DNA of 64,000 bases from positions 224,001-288,000 of the forward strand of contig OY764216.1 of assembly GCA_963668315.1 (NCBI GenBank). Reading direction: 5' to 3'. The translations under genes were made by a program, and so were the position numbers. This DNA is from Spirochaetia bacterium (lineage in GTDB: Bacteria; Spirochaetota; Spirochaetia; DSM-2461). Below are positions 19,599-32,593 of this stretch, piece after piece (within the stretch, counting starts at the first letter, position 1; each line of letters begins with the position of its first letter). The notes below the pieces were generated by a model, which had not been told where the DNA came from, did not search any database, and was given only the letters and a program-made list of their open reading frames with translations.

Positions 19599-21065
19599 GT
19601 GTTCTTTCTAATTCCATTCGCTGTAATTATTATCCTATTAGTCATCATCCTTCTACGGACTATCCGTTTCTCCATGAATCGCCAGGATTTAACCGGAATT
19701 CCCGCTGAGGTTTCAACGACAGACGGGGCAAGGGCTGCTGATAGTCTCTCCCGGGCTGTCCGGTTCAAGACGGTATCCTATAGTGATTACGCCCTGTTTA
19801 ACTACAGCGAATTTATTGCCTTTCTGGATTTTCTGAAAGAGCGGTACCCTCTGGTTAACAGCACGTTTGAATCGGAAGTTATCAACACATACAGCATTGT
19901 ATACAGATGGAAAGGAATCGATTCCACCCTCAACCCCCTGCTTCTTCTCGGACATTACGACGTCGTCCCCGTTGAAAAAGGAACAGAAGAGAAGTGGAAG
20001 TACCATCCCTTCGGCGGCATCATAGAGGAGGGAAAGCTCTGGGGCCGTGGAAGCCTGGATATGAAAGTGCAGATTATCTCCCATCTTGAAGCGGCGGAAG
20101 AGTTGCTCAAAGAAGGATTTACCCCGCTGAGAGATATTTGGTTTTCCTATAATTTCGATGAAGAACAGAGAGGAATGCGCGGAGCTTCCGAGGCGGAAAA
20201 ATACTTTAGGGACAGGGGAATCAGATTCGATACCGTGTTTGATGAAGGCGGATGTATCGTCCAGGGAGCGATGCCCGGCGTTGAGCCTCCCCTGGCTCTG
20301 ATAGGACTGGGAGAAAAGGGCTGTTCCAATATACGGATTCGTGTAAAAGGAACTGGAGGGCACTCCTCCATGCCTCCCCGTCATACGGCGCTGGGAAAAC
20401 TCAGCCGCATTATTACCGATCTTGAAAACAACCCCATGCCTTCCCGCCTTACCGCACCTGTCAGAGAAATGCTGGCGGAAACGGGTCCGGAGATGTCTCT
20501 TCCCACGAGAATTGTCCTTTCAAATCTTTTTCTGTTCAAACCGCTCCTTATGAAGATTTTTTCTGCCAATTCCAAGACAAATGCCATGATAAGGACCTCT
20601 CTATCAGCCACAATGTCCCATTCAGGCGATGCCCCGAATGTGCTTCCCCTGACGGCAGAAGCCGTTATCAATGCGCGCCTTTTACCGGGAGACAGCTACA
20701 ATGACGTTATTGAACATATCAAAAAAGTGGCAAGCAAGAGCTGCTTACCCGAAGAGATTGAATTTGAAGCCCTTCTCAAAGATGAAGCATCGGCCCTTTC
20801 CCCTTCCGATACGGAGCAGTACGGGAAGATAAAGCGAACCATAAACGAATTCTATCCCCAGGCACTTGTATCTCCCTATCTGATGATGGGGGGCAGTGAC
20901 TCGAGTAAATTTACCTCCCTGAGTGATCATGTGTACCGCTTTATGCCCATTCTCATAAACAATGAAGAACTGGGCACGATGCATAACAGCAATGAACACA
21001 TTTCTCTGGAAAATATTACCCGTTCCACGGCATTTTTCAAAAAATTCATTTCCGATTATTCCTGA
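19599..21065 (+). CDS. M20 family peptidase (PM20D1/Gly-X carboxypeptidase-like), N-terminal anchor
   Basis: GHYDVVP, WGRGSLDMK, FDEE, DEGG and GGHSS motifs, C-terminal H; GTG start after SD GAGGAG. Confidence 0.9.
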   Translation: MFFLIPFAVIIILLVIILLRTIRFSMNRQDLTGIPAEVSTTDGARAADSLSRAVRFKTVSYSDYALFNYSEFIAFLDFLKERYPLVNSTFESEVINTYSIVYRWKGIDSTLNPLLLLGHYDVVPVEKGTEEKWKYHPFGGIIEEGKLWGRGSLDMKVQIISHLEAAEELLKEGFTPLRDIWFSYNFDEEQRGMRGASEAEKYFRDRGIRFDTVFDEGGCIVQGAMPGVEPPLALIGLGEKGCSNIRIRVKGTGGHSSMPPRHTALGKLSRIITDLENNPMPSRLTAPVREMLAETGPEMSLPTRIVLSNLFLFKPLLMKIFSANSKTNAMIRTSLSATMSHSGDAPNVLPLTAEAVINARLLPGDSYNDVIEHIKKVASKSCLPEEIEFEALLKDEASALSPSDTEQYGKIKRTINEFYPQALVSPYLMMGGSDSSKFTSLSDHVYRFMPILINNEELGTMHNSNEHISLENITRSTAFFKKFISDYS

Positions 21066-21066
21066 G

Positions 21067-21960
21067 ATGCAAAAAGTAAGAACATTTTTAATTAATAAAA
21101 TACCGGAAGACATCAGCTCAAAAAAAACAGTAACAGTAAAAACCGGGTTTCTGGTTAACAGTACTCATCGTGATGTCATCATCAGCCAAAGGGATAAACG
21201 TTATTCCCTCTCTGTTAACAATATGAAAAACGGCACAAAGGACAAGGAGTATGAGATTCCCCTTTCCCACAAAGACTTTCATACGCTCTGGCCCGCCACG
21301 ATCGACAGCAGGGTGGAATTCAAGCGCAGAACGATTCTGAGAGACGATATAATGCTGGAGATCCACACCTATTCAGGTCATCTATCAGGATTAATAACCG
21401 GAAAGATACGTGCCGTTAATCAGGCTGACTCCTCTCCATTGCCTATTCCTCGTTATTTCAATGAGGAACTGACCTTTGACTCAAGATTCACAACAAGAAA
21501 CCTATCCACTCTCGACTATGGTGATATCAGCGAAACACTTTCTCTGGGAGACATGAAGCATTATCCTCTGATGGGTACACTACCCTATATAATAGAAGAA
21601 GGAATGCTTAAGGTCATGGTTGTATCGACCCGATCCAATAATGGCTGGATTTTTCCCAAAGGACAGCCAATAATCGGAAAATCCGAAATGGAAGTTGCCC
21701 TCCTGGAAGCTTATGAAGAAGCGGGGATCAGGGGGACTATAACCGGAAACCCGATTGTTGTGCCCTATCTGAAGAAAACGGGTATTTACTCCATGATCCT
21801 CTACCCTATGGCCATAACATCCGTTCTGAAAAGATGGCCCGAAGAGAGCGAGCGAAGTCGAGCCCTTCTCACTCCCAGGGAAGCCGGGAAGAAAATGAAA
21901 CAACAGGGGATGAAGAGCGCCTTGGGCTGGCTGGAATATCTCCGGGAATATTCCTCATGA
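21067..21960 (+). CDS. Degenerate CYTH-like domain fused to Nudix hydrolase
   Basis: N-terminal half follows the CYTH pattern (EYEIPLS, LSGL, ELTFDSRF..NLS); C-terminal WIFPKG...LEAYEEAG Nudix box. ATG 1 nt after the M20 stop. Confidence 0.75.
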   Translation: MQKVRTFLINKIPEDISSKKTVTVKTGFLVNSTHRDVIISQRDKRYSLSVNNMKNGTKDKEYEIPLSHKDFHTLWPATIDSRVEFKRRTILRDDIMLEIHTYSGHLSGLITGKIRAVNQADSSPLPIPRYFNEELTFDSRFTTRNLSTLDYGDISETLSLGDMKHYPLMGTLPYIIEEGMLKVMVVSTRSNNGWIFPKGQPIIGKSEMEVALLEAYEEAGIRGTITGNPIVVPYLKKTGIYSMILYPMAITSVLKRWPEESERSRALLTPREAGKKMKQQGMKSALGWLEYLREYSS

Positions 21961-21974
21961 AAGATACATTATCA

Positions 21975-22847
21975 TTAGTCTCCGAACTGTTTAGCCAGAT
22001 CATCTAAACTGTTCGTCAAGGAAGATATTTCTGCGGATTTTTCTCTGATTGTGTCAAGGAAACCGTAACTTGCCATTCCCGGTCCTACATAATATTCGGT
22101 GGACTCTCCTGCCTCTTTATTGAACAGATCCGCCAAAATCAGGAGTTCATCCCTTTTCCTCTCTATCTCACTTATTATGGCTCTCATACGAAGGAGGATG
22201 TCACGTTTTTCATTGATTCCATTGCTGTCAAAGCTGGCACTGCCGGCTGTATCAATCTGTGTCTCGGCCATATCTAACTCAACCAGGGCCTTTGAAATCT
22301 GACTATCGGAATGGATTTTATACTCCTGAAACGTTTTTTCAATGTCAGCTGTCAAAACACGGACGAGGGAGTAACTCTCTGCCATTTTATTAAATTTTTG
22401 AGATTCCTTCTCATAACGATCTGCCATTCCATTAAAGCCTTCAAATAGATCGGAAAACCTATCCTTCTCCCCTAAAAACTCCTCATATTTGTCTTCATCT
22501 GACTCAATTCTTTTCTGACCGTCTATGATCCTGTATACTGCTTCACGGGATTTCTCCATTAAGCCCAATTGAGCTTTCATCGAACGAAAAGAACTATTCA
22601 TTTCTTGCAGGATCAAATCAAAATCAGGATAGGGAACCATGGAAGGGTCGGAAATATTCTTTCTTATCCCGGCAATAACTTCGCTTTTATCATTGAAATC
22701 TTTTTCGGCAGCTGTTACCGCTTCTTCCGCCATAGAAAGACCGGAGTCAAAATATTTCTTAATATCCGAAGAATTGTAGTAGGTAACACATCCGGTAATG
22801 GATATCAATAAAACAGAAAATAACGGGATTAATATCATAGGTTTCAT
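21975..22847 (-). CDS. Helical/coiled-coil lipoprotein, hypothetical
   Basis: Lipobox ITGC after MKPMILIPLFSVLL; start chosen by SD GAGG. Confidence 0.75.
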   Translation of the reverse strand: MKPMILIPLFSVLLISITGCVTYYNSSDIKKYFDSGLSMAEEAVTAAEKDFNDKSEVIAGIRKNISDPSMVPYPDFDLILQEMNSSFRSMKAQLGLMEKSREAVYRIIDGQKRIESDEDKYEEFLGEKDRFSDLFEGFNGMADRYEKESQKFNKMAESYSLVRVLTADIEKTFQEYKIHSDSQISKALVELDMAETQIDTAGSASFDSNGINEKRDILLRMRAIISEIERKRDELLILADLFNKEAGESTEYYVGPGMASYGFLDTIREKSAEISSLTNSLDDLAKQFGD

Positions 22848-23029
22848 AGTGGCCTCTATGAATATTGTAAACAATGAAAAATATAACTTCCACTTAATGT
22901 TCCCATAAAAAACAGGCGAAAAGAGGCGGTAATCTTCGGAACATGGATGAGTATGTATTGATAGCCTAGGGAAGTATAAACGGTCGGTTCGAGTACAAGA
23001 ATTAAAAGAGGACGTTATAACAAAAAAAA

Positions 23030-23142
23030 GCCTGGCGACGACCTACTCTCCCACGGGAACCGCAGTACCATCGGCGCAATTGAGCTTGACTTCTGTGTTC
23101 GGTATGGGAACAGGTATAACCTCAACGCTATAATCACCAGAC
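23030..23142 (-). rRNA. rrf: 5S rRNA
   Basis: Reverse complement contains CCCATACCGAACACAGAAGTCAAGC and GGGAGAGTAGGTCG; terminal helix TCTGGTG/CGCCAGG. Confidence 0.95.
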
Positions 23143-23302
23143 AAATTAACATTGTTATGGCGTACGAACGACCTAAGCCGATCCGTACTATTTCTGATAG
23201 AGCTTCTCAGACAAACATCATCTGAAAAAACTAAACTCTAATTTCTCATTTGAGCGGAGCTCAAAAGGGAAGTTACAGCTTCCATCAGGGATAAAGAATA
23301 AT

Positions 23303-26218
<2,916 letters not shown>

Positions 26219-26377
26219 ATTATCCTTTATCCCTTCTCTATCATCGCGATACCTACAAGCATTGAAACTGTACGCTTACCGGTATAACCCACACGGATTA
26301 GTAACCGAAAAACTTGGTATCTATCATCCTGCATATATCAGAATGTTTATTTAAAGATCAATGAGCTTATGCTCGTT

Positions 26378-26451
26378 TGGAGGTACAGGGACTCGAACCC
26401 TGGACCCCTAGAATGCAAATCTAGTGCTCTAGCCAACTGAGCTATACCCCC
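26378..26451 (-). tRNA. tRNA-Ala(UGC), CCA not encoded
   Basis: GGGGGTATAGCTCAG...CTAGA-TTTGCAT-TCTAG...GGTTCGAGTCC...TACCTCCA; G3:U70 Ala identity pair. Confidence 0.97.
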
Positions 26452-26565
26452 AAATTATATAAAAAAGAGAAGCTTGAACAACGGGAACTTGTGCTGTTTC
26501 TGTCATGCCCAGTGTGTACAAATCACTGGGACTTTCGAATCAATTAAGATTCTGTACCTTTCTCA

Positions 26566-28108
<1,543 letters not shown>

Positions 28109-28419
28109 ATAATTAACTGTCCGAAGACAGTTACTAATCAATAGTTAAGTAGATCCACAACTAGGAATAGTTGCTTCTCAAAACAAAACATCAAAACAAT
28201 TTCTCATCTTGCTGACTTTGTTCGCCATTATATTAATAAATGGTCTTGGAATTGACAGAAACTATTTAAAAAACATTGCTATTCAAATTAAACAATACTC
28301 AAGTTCCCGTTATTCAAACTTCCCTTCTCTAAATCTTTTTCTAAGAACAAGTTGCCTTACCTCGGCAAGTACCGTGCCGCACCGCAGTGCTTCTGGACTT
28401 CCTCAGTGGCGCGAGCAGT

Positions 28420-28448
28420 AATTTACTACAACCCGCTTTTTTTGTCAA
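28420..28448 (-). promoter_or_regulatory. rrn promoter P2
   Basis: TTGACA-17-TAAATT, GC-rich discriminator (ctcgcg), upstream A/T tracts. Confidence 0.85.
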
Positions 28449-28570
28449 CCGGCTTTCAAAACTTTTTGAAAAAGTTTTTCAGGCCGATCGGCTCAGGGTT
28501 CCAGGCTTTTCGGCCTTTATCCTCGGCTCTGTGCGGTGAGTTTCGTTCACCCCGTCAGAGCGCGAGGAGG

Positions 28571-28599
28571 AATATACAGGTTCAGCAGAAAACTGTCAA
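28571..28599 (-). promoter_or_regulatory. rrn promoter P1
   Basis: TTGACA-17-TATATT, discriminator cctcctcgcg, upstream A/T tracts. Confidence 0.85.
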
Positions 28600-28860
28600 C
28601 AGCAATTCTGAAAAAACTTTGAAAAATTGAAAGATGACCAGTTCTGGGGCGTTATGACCAGAGAGAAGGGGTATTTAAGAGCAAAAGGGGAATGATGGGG
28701 CCGGGACCTGGAGAAGAGGTTGACCGCGAAAGTCATGAAAAGCGCTAAGAAAATGAAGAAGTTGGGGATGAGCTCCCGGTCTTTCTCTTGTCAGCGGGAT
28801 CTGCGCTTTTCTTGCTCGGGAGCTGAGGGGTCAGGTCGTCTTTCTGCTGACATACGCTTT

Positions 28861-29035
28861 ATGTGGTTAGATTGTTTTCGATATAACGGCTTCTTTGTCG
28901 TTATTAGATCGCTTTCAATATAACACCCTCCTTGTTGTTATTAGATCGTTTTCAATATAAGACCCTCCTTGTCGTTATTAGATCGTTTTCAATATAACGC
29001 CCTCCTTGTCGCTATTAGATCGTTTTCAATATAAC
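28861..29035. repeat. 37-bp tandem repeat, 4 full copies plus 1 partial, no spacers
   Basis: Consensus RCCCTCCTTGTCGTTATTAGATCGTTTTCAATATAAC; full copies start at 28888, 28925, 28962 and 28999. Confidence 0.92.
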
Positions 29036-29143
29036 CCGGCCAGTCACCCTAAACGCCGCTCCATGTCCGCCTTCAGCGGGAGGGGCCGCCCAACCTCTTC
29101 CCATATACTGGTATATGACGGGGAAATTTCTTATATTGGAGGA

Positions 29144-30352
29144 ATGAAAGATTATGACTATTTGATTATCGGGGCTTCCAAGGCGGGAATGACGGCTGCG
29201 GAAACGCTGCGCGGGCATGACGGAGAGGCTTCGATAGTGATGATTAACGGGGAGGACAGGCTCCCTTATAAAAGAACGGGGCTGACGAAAAAGCTCGCGG
29301 CGGGATTTGACTGTGATGAGTTTGCCCTCCACCCTTTTGAATGGTACGGGGAGAACGGGATTGACCTGATAACCTCTCCCGCGGTGGTTCTGAACGGGAA
29401 AAACCGCACTGTGACGGTGGAGTCGGGGGAAGTTTTCAAGGCGGGGAAGATTCTGATTGCCACCGGGGCCGTTCCCAGGAAGATAGGTATTCCCGGAGAG
29501 GAGGAGATCTGCCATCTGCGAAGGGCCGATGAGACGGAAAAGATTCGCGCCGCTCTGAAGAAGGGCGACCGGGTTCTGGTCATCGGCCAGGGCGTGGAAG
29601 GGGTCGAGATGGCGGAGCAGCTCTCGCTGAGCGGACTGTCGGTGCTTTCCTTGAGCAGCAGTTCCCGGCTTATGTCCCGCTGGCTGGATCCTTTCCTTTC
29701 CCGGAGGCTGGCCGATCTGCTGGCGGCCCACGGGATAGAGCTTCTTTTCGACCGCACTCTCCTCTCCCTGACGCCGGGGGAGAAGAAGATCCTCGCGGTC
29801 CGGTCGCCGGAAGGGCCGGAAGAACATGCCGCCGATCTGGTTCTCGCGTCCATCGGCGTTCAGGCGGATACGGCGCTGCTGGCGACCCCGGAGGGGAAAA
29901 GTCTCCTCGGCAGGGGGGGCATTCGCTGTAATTCCTTTCTGCAGACGGACTGGGACGGGGTATTTGCCGCTGGCGATGTGGTGGATGTTCCCGGCGGATG
30001 GGCAACGGGACTTTGGCATTCGGCGGAGCACCAGGGCCGGATTGCCGCTTTGAATATGGCGGGGGTTCCCACGGAATGGACGAATCTTCCGGTCAGACTG
30101 AAGTGCGAGGTTTTCGGGGATTTCTACTTTTCCATGGCCTACGATCTGGTTCAGAGTGAAAAGGATGGGGAGGAAAAGACTCTCATCTGCGATGATGCCC
30201 GTTATCTCAGGGTTTTCTTCAGGGAAGGCCGCCTCAGGGGCGCCCTTATGCAGGGGATGAAGGCCTTTGCCAAGCCTCTGGCGAAGCTGGTCGTCGACGG
30301 TGGTACCGAAGAAGAACTCCGGGAGAGCCTCGGCAAAGGCGGTTTCTGCTAG
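29144..30352 (+). CDS. NAD(P)/FAD-dependent oxidoreductase (rubredoxin/ferredoxin reductase-like)
   Basis: IIGASKAG, LIATGA, VIGQGVEGVE and LQTDWDGVFAAGD motifs. Confidence 0.88.
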   Translation: MKDYDYLIIGASKAGMTAAETLRGHDGEASIVMINGEDRLPYKRTGLTKKLAAGFDCDEFALHPFEWYGENGIDLITSPAVVLNGKNRTVTVESGEVFKAGKILIATGAVPRKIGIPGEEEICHLRRADETEKIRAALKKGDRVLVIGQGVEGVEMAEQLSLSGLSVLSLSSSSRLMSRWLDPFLSRRLADLLAAHGIELLFDRTLLSLTPGEKKILAVRSPEGPEEHAADLVLASIGVQADTALLATPEGKSLLGRGGIRCNSFLQTDWDGVFAAGDVVDVPGGWATGLWHSAEHQGRIAALNMAGVPTEWTNLPVRLKCEVFGDFYFSMAYDLVQSEKDGEEKTLICDDARYLRVFFREGRLRGALMQGMKAFAKPLAKLVVDGGTEEELRESLGKGGFC

Positions 30353-31644
30353 CGGTTCAGCATATAGGTCAGGGATTTTTTCAGGTTTTCCCAGATTGCC
30401 AGCCGTCTGGCATCATCGTTCTCCAGAAGGGTGACCCGGAACCCGGGAAGGTCGGAACAGAATCCGCTCAGGGGAACCGTGCAGAGCCCGGCTCCGCCCA
30501 GAAGGTTATACACCAGCTGTTTGTCCCGGGCGGCATCGGCGACCAGGGGGTCAAGATAGGAGGCGATCTCCGGCTTCAGGGGGAGAGGACGGAAATCGGC
30601 CAGCCTCTCCTGGTCCAGGAGCACGGTCAGATAGAAGGCGCCCTTGGGCAGATTGACCCGGACGCCGGGAATGGTATTGAGTATGTCAACCGCTTCCACG
30701 GCGCGGCGGCTGAACATGTCGGCCCGCCTGTCCAGGTGCTCCCGGTAGCGGGGATCGCCGAAGACGAGGGGGATGGACATCTGGGGAAGGCTCGTGGAAC
30801 AGACTTCCAGCCGCTTGGCATCGATAAGGGATTTAATGAAGCGGTCGAAGTTCGCATCCCGGCTCCGGTTGAAGATCTCCATCCAGCCGCAGCGGCCGCC
30901 GGGCCAGGGATACTCCTTGCTGATGCTGCGCATGGCGATTCCCGGAACTTCCCCGATAACTTCACTTAAATGGCAGGTTTCTGCGCCGTTGTAGACGATG
31001 TGGGCATAGGTTTCGTCGCACAGAACAAAAAGATCGTACCGGCGGGCGATATCCACGATGCCCAGAAGGACCTCCCGGGGATAAACGGCGCCGGTGGGAT
31101 TATCCGGATTGATGAGAAGAATGCCGGCGATGGCATCGTTATAGCGGACTTTATTTTCCAGGTCTTCCAGATCGGGCATCCAGTTGTTCTCGGGATCCAG
31201 CTTATAGGTGGTATGGTCGTATCCCGAATGGGCCGCTTCGGCACTGGACAGGGTGGAATAGGCGGGCGAGGGTCCGATAACCCGGGCTTCCCTTTTGAGA
31301 AAGGCGAACAGGGTGGATACGGCATCGCCCAGGCCGTTGAAAAAAATGATATCGTCCCCGGTGATTTCACAGCCGCCGCGCTGATTCACATGGTCGGCCA
31401 GAAAATCCCGGGTGTGGTAATCCCCTTCGGTTGCCGTGTAACCGTAACTGTGGCTCTGCGACGCCAGGTCGACAACGATATCGCGGATCCAGGGGGCCAC
31501 TTCCTCCCCCTTCTGGATGGGGTCGCCTATGTTTTCATAGGTCATTGCCACCCCCATGGCTTCCAGACGTCTGGCTGTGCCGACAATTTCCCGGATTTCA
31601 TAGCGGAGCCTGTCGGCCCCTTCCCATACGATGCTTCGTCTCAT
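30349..31644 (-). CDS. Class I/II PLP aminotransferase, AlaA/AlaAT-like (MJ1479-type), putative alanine transaminase
   Basis: YEIRE...ENIGDP N-terminus typical of alanine aminotransferase homologues; INPDNPTG, DETY and SISK(PLP)...GGRCGW; SD GGAGGAG before ATG 31644. Confidence 0.85.
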   Translation of the reverse strand: MRRSIVWEGADRLRYEIREIVGTARRLEAMGVAMTYENIGDPIQKGEEVAPWIRDIVVDLASQSHSYGYTATEGDYHTRDFLADHVNQRGGCEITGDDIIFFNGLGDAVSTLFAFLKREARVIGPSPAYSTLSSAEAAHSGYDHTTYKLDPENNWMPDLEDLENKVRYNDAIAGILLINPDNPTGAVYPREVLLGIVDIARRYDLFVLCDETYAHIVYNGAETCHLSEVIGEVPGIAMRSISKEYPWPGGRCGWMEIFNRSRDANFDRFIKSLIDAKRLEVCSTSLPQMSIPLVFGDPRYREHLDRRADMFSRRAVEAVDILNTIPGVRVNLPKGAFYLTVLLDQERLADFRPLPLKPEIASYLDPLVADAARDKQLVYNLLGGAGLCTVPLSGFCSDLPGFRVTLLENDDARRLAIWENLKKSLTYMLNR

Positions 31645-31683
31645 CTTCGTACTCCTCCGCCGTCTGTTCCGGGGCCGGGATAT

Positions 31684-31716
31684 AAAAAAACCGCGGTCCC
31701 CGATGGGAACCACGGC
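31684..31716 (-). terminator. Attenuator terminator in the aminotransferase 5' leader
   Basis: GCCGUGGUUCCC-AUC-GGGGACCGCGG then U7, 40 nt upstream of the ATG. Confidence 0.85.
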
Positions 31717-31735
31717 ATGCTTTCATGTTAAACGG

Positions 31736-31819
31736 TCAGCCGTGCATTCCCCTGAAAAGGGCCGCGGCCGCCTGGGCTGAGAGTTTACCGAATTGTGTAA
31801 TACGGATCATTTCTGCCAT
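31736..31819 (-). CDS. Leaderless Ala-rich leader peptide MAEMIRITQFGKLSAQAAAALFRGMHG (27 aa)
   Basis: ATG 6 nt below the -10; codons 15-20 are GCC CAG GCG GCC GCG GCC; TGA lies 19 nt before the terminator stem. Confidence 0.7.
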   Translation of the reverse strand: MAEMIRITQFGKLSAQAAAALFRGMHG

Positions 31820-31825
31820 GGCCTC

Positions 31826-31854
31826 ATAATAACCGGAGCTTCGGGGCTGGTCAA
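31826..31854 (-). promoter_or_regulatory. sigma70 promoter of leader peptide/aminotransferase
   Basis: TTGACC-17-TATTAT. Confidence 0.8.
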
Positions 31855-31936
31855 GGGCGGAGAAAAGGCTATTTTATGGCGGTTCCGGAGTAAAACGGGC
31901 CTATGCGAAAAAAAAGAAGGGGTATATGATAGTCCT

Positions 31937-32572
31937 ATGCAAAATGTTCACACCACGGAAGAGAAACTTAACGCTCTCACCCATAATATCGGAGCGGGCC
32001 TGAGTATAGCCGGTCTGGTCTTTCTTCTTTACCTGACGAAACTGAGAGAAGGAACATGCATGCACTATGTCTCCTTTTCCCTTTACGGCGCCTTCCAGAT
32101 CCTGCTGTACCTCTCATCAGGTCTTACCCACAGTTTTACGGATAAGCCCAAAATCCACGAAGTCCTGCGGATTACCGACCAGGCTTCGGTTTACCTGCTG
32201 ATAGCCGGGACCTATACGCCCATCGCCCTGGTAACACTGCGGGGAGCCTGGGGATGGTCGATTTTCGGCGTTATCTGGGGAATGGCCCTGCTGGGGATTA
32301 CGGTCAAGCTGATTCTGGGGCCGCGGAAGCATATCATATCGGATCTGTTCTACGTTCCCATGGGATGGACGATAGTGGTGGCCATAAAGCCGCTCATGCG
32401 GGTGGCCCCGGCGGGACTTCTGATGTGGGTCGCCATCGGAGGACTCTGCTACACGGTGGGAATTATTTTCTATCTGGTGAAGAAGATGCCCTACGGCCAC
32501 GTTCTCTGGCATCTTTTCGTGCTGGGGGGAAGCATCTCCTTTTATCTGGGTTTCGCGAAGTTTCTCATCTGA
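31937..32572 (+). CDS. Hemolysin III / PAQR family membrane protein
   Basis: EEKLNALTH, DQASVYLLIAGTYTP and HVLWHLFV motifs; 7 TM; ATG 6 nt below TATGAT. Confidence 0.92.
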   Translation: MQNVHTTEEKLNALTHNIGAGLSIAGLVFLLYLTKLREGTCMHYVSFSLYGAFQILLYLSSGLTHSFTDKPKIHEVLRITDQASVYLLIAGTYTPIALVTLRGAWGWSIFGVIWGMALLGITVKLILGPRKHIISDLFYVPMGWTIVVAIKPLMRVAPAGLLMWVAIGGLCYTVGIIFYLVKKMPYGHVLWHLFVLGGSISFYLGFAKFLI

Positions 32573-32593
32573 CCCGGAACCTCCGCCCCGACG

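Noticed and set aside
28861..29035. CRISPR array (37-bp unit containing ATTGAAA/GTTTTCAAT)
   Set aside because: Units are head-to-tail with no unique spacers, and there are no cas genes in the window.
28861..29144. Type III toxin-antitoxin (ToxI-like repeats)
   Set aside because: Repeat size fits, but no terminator-plus-toxin ORF follows on either strand; the neighbours are an oxidoreductase and the rRNA leader.
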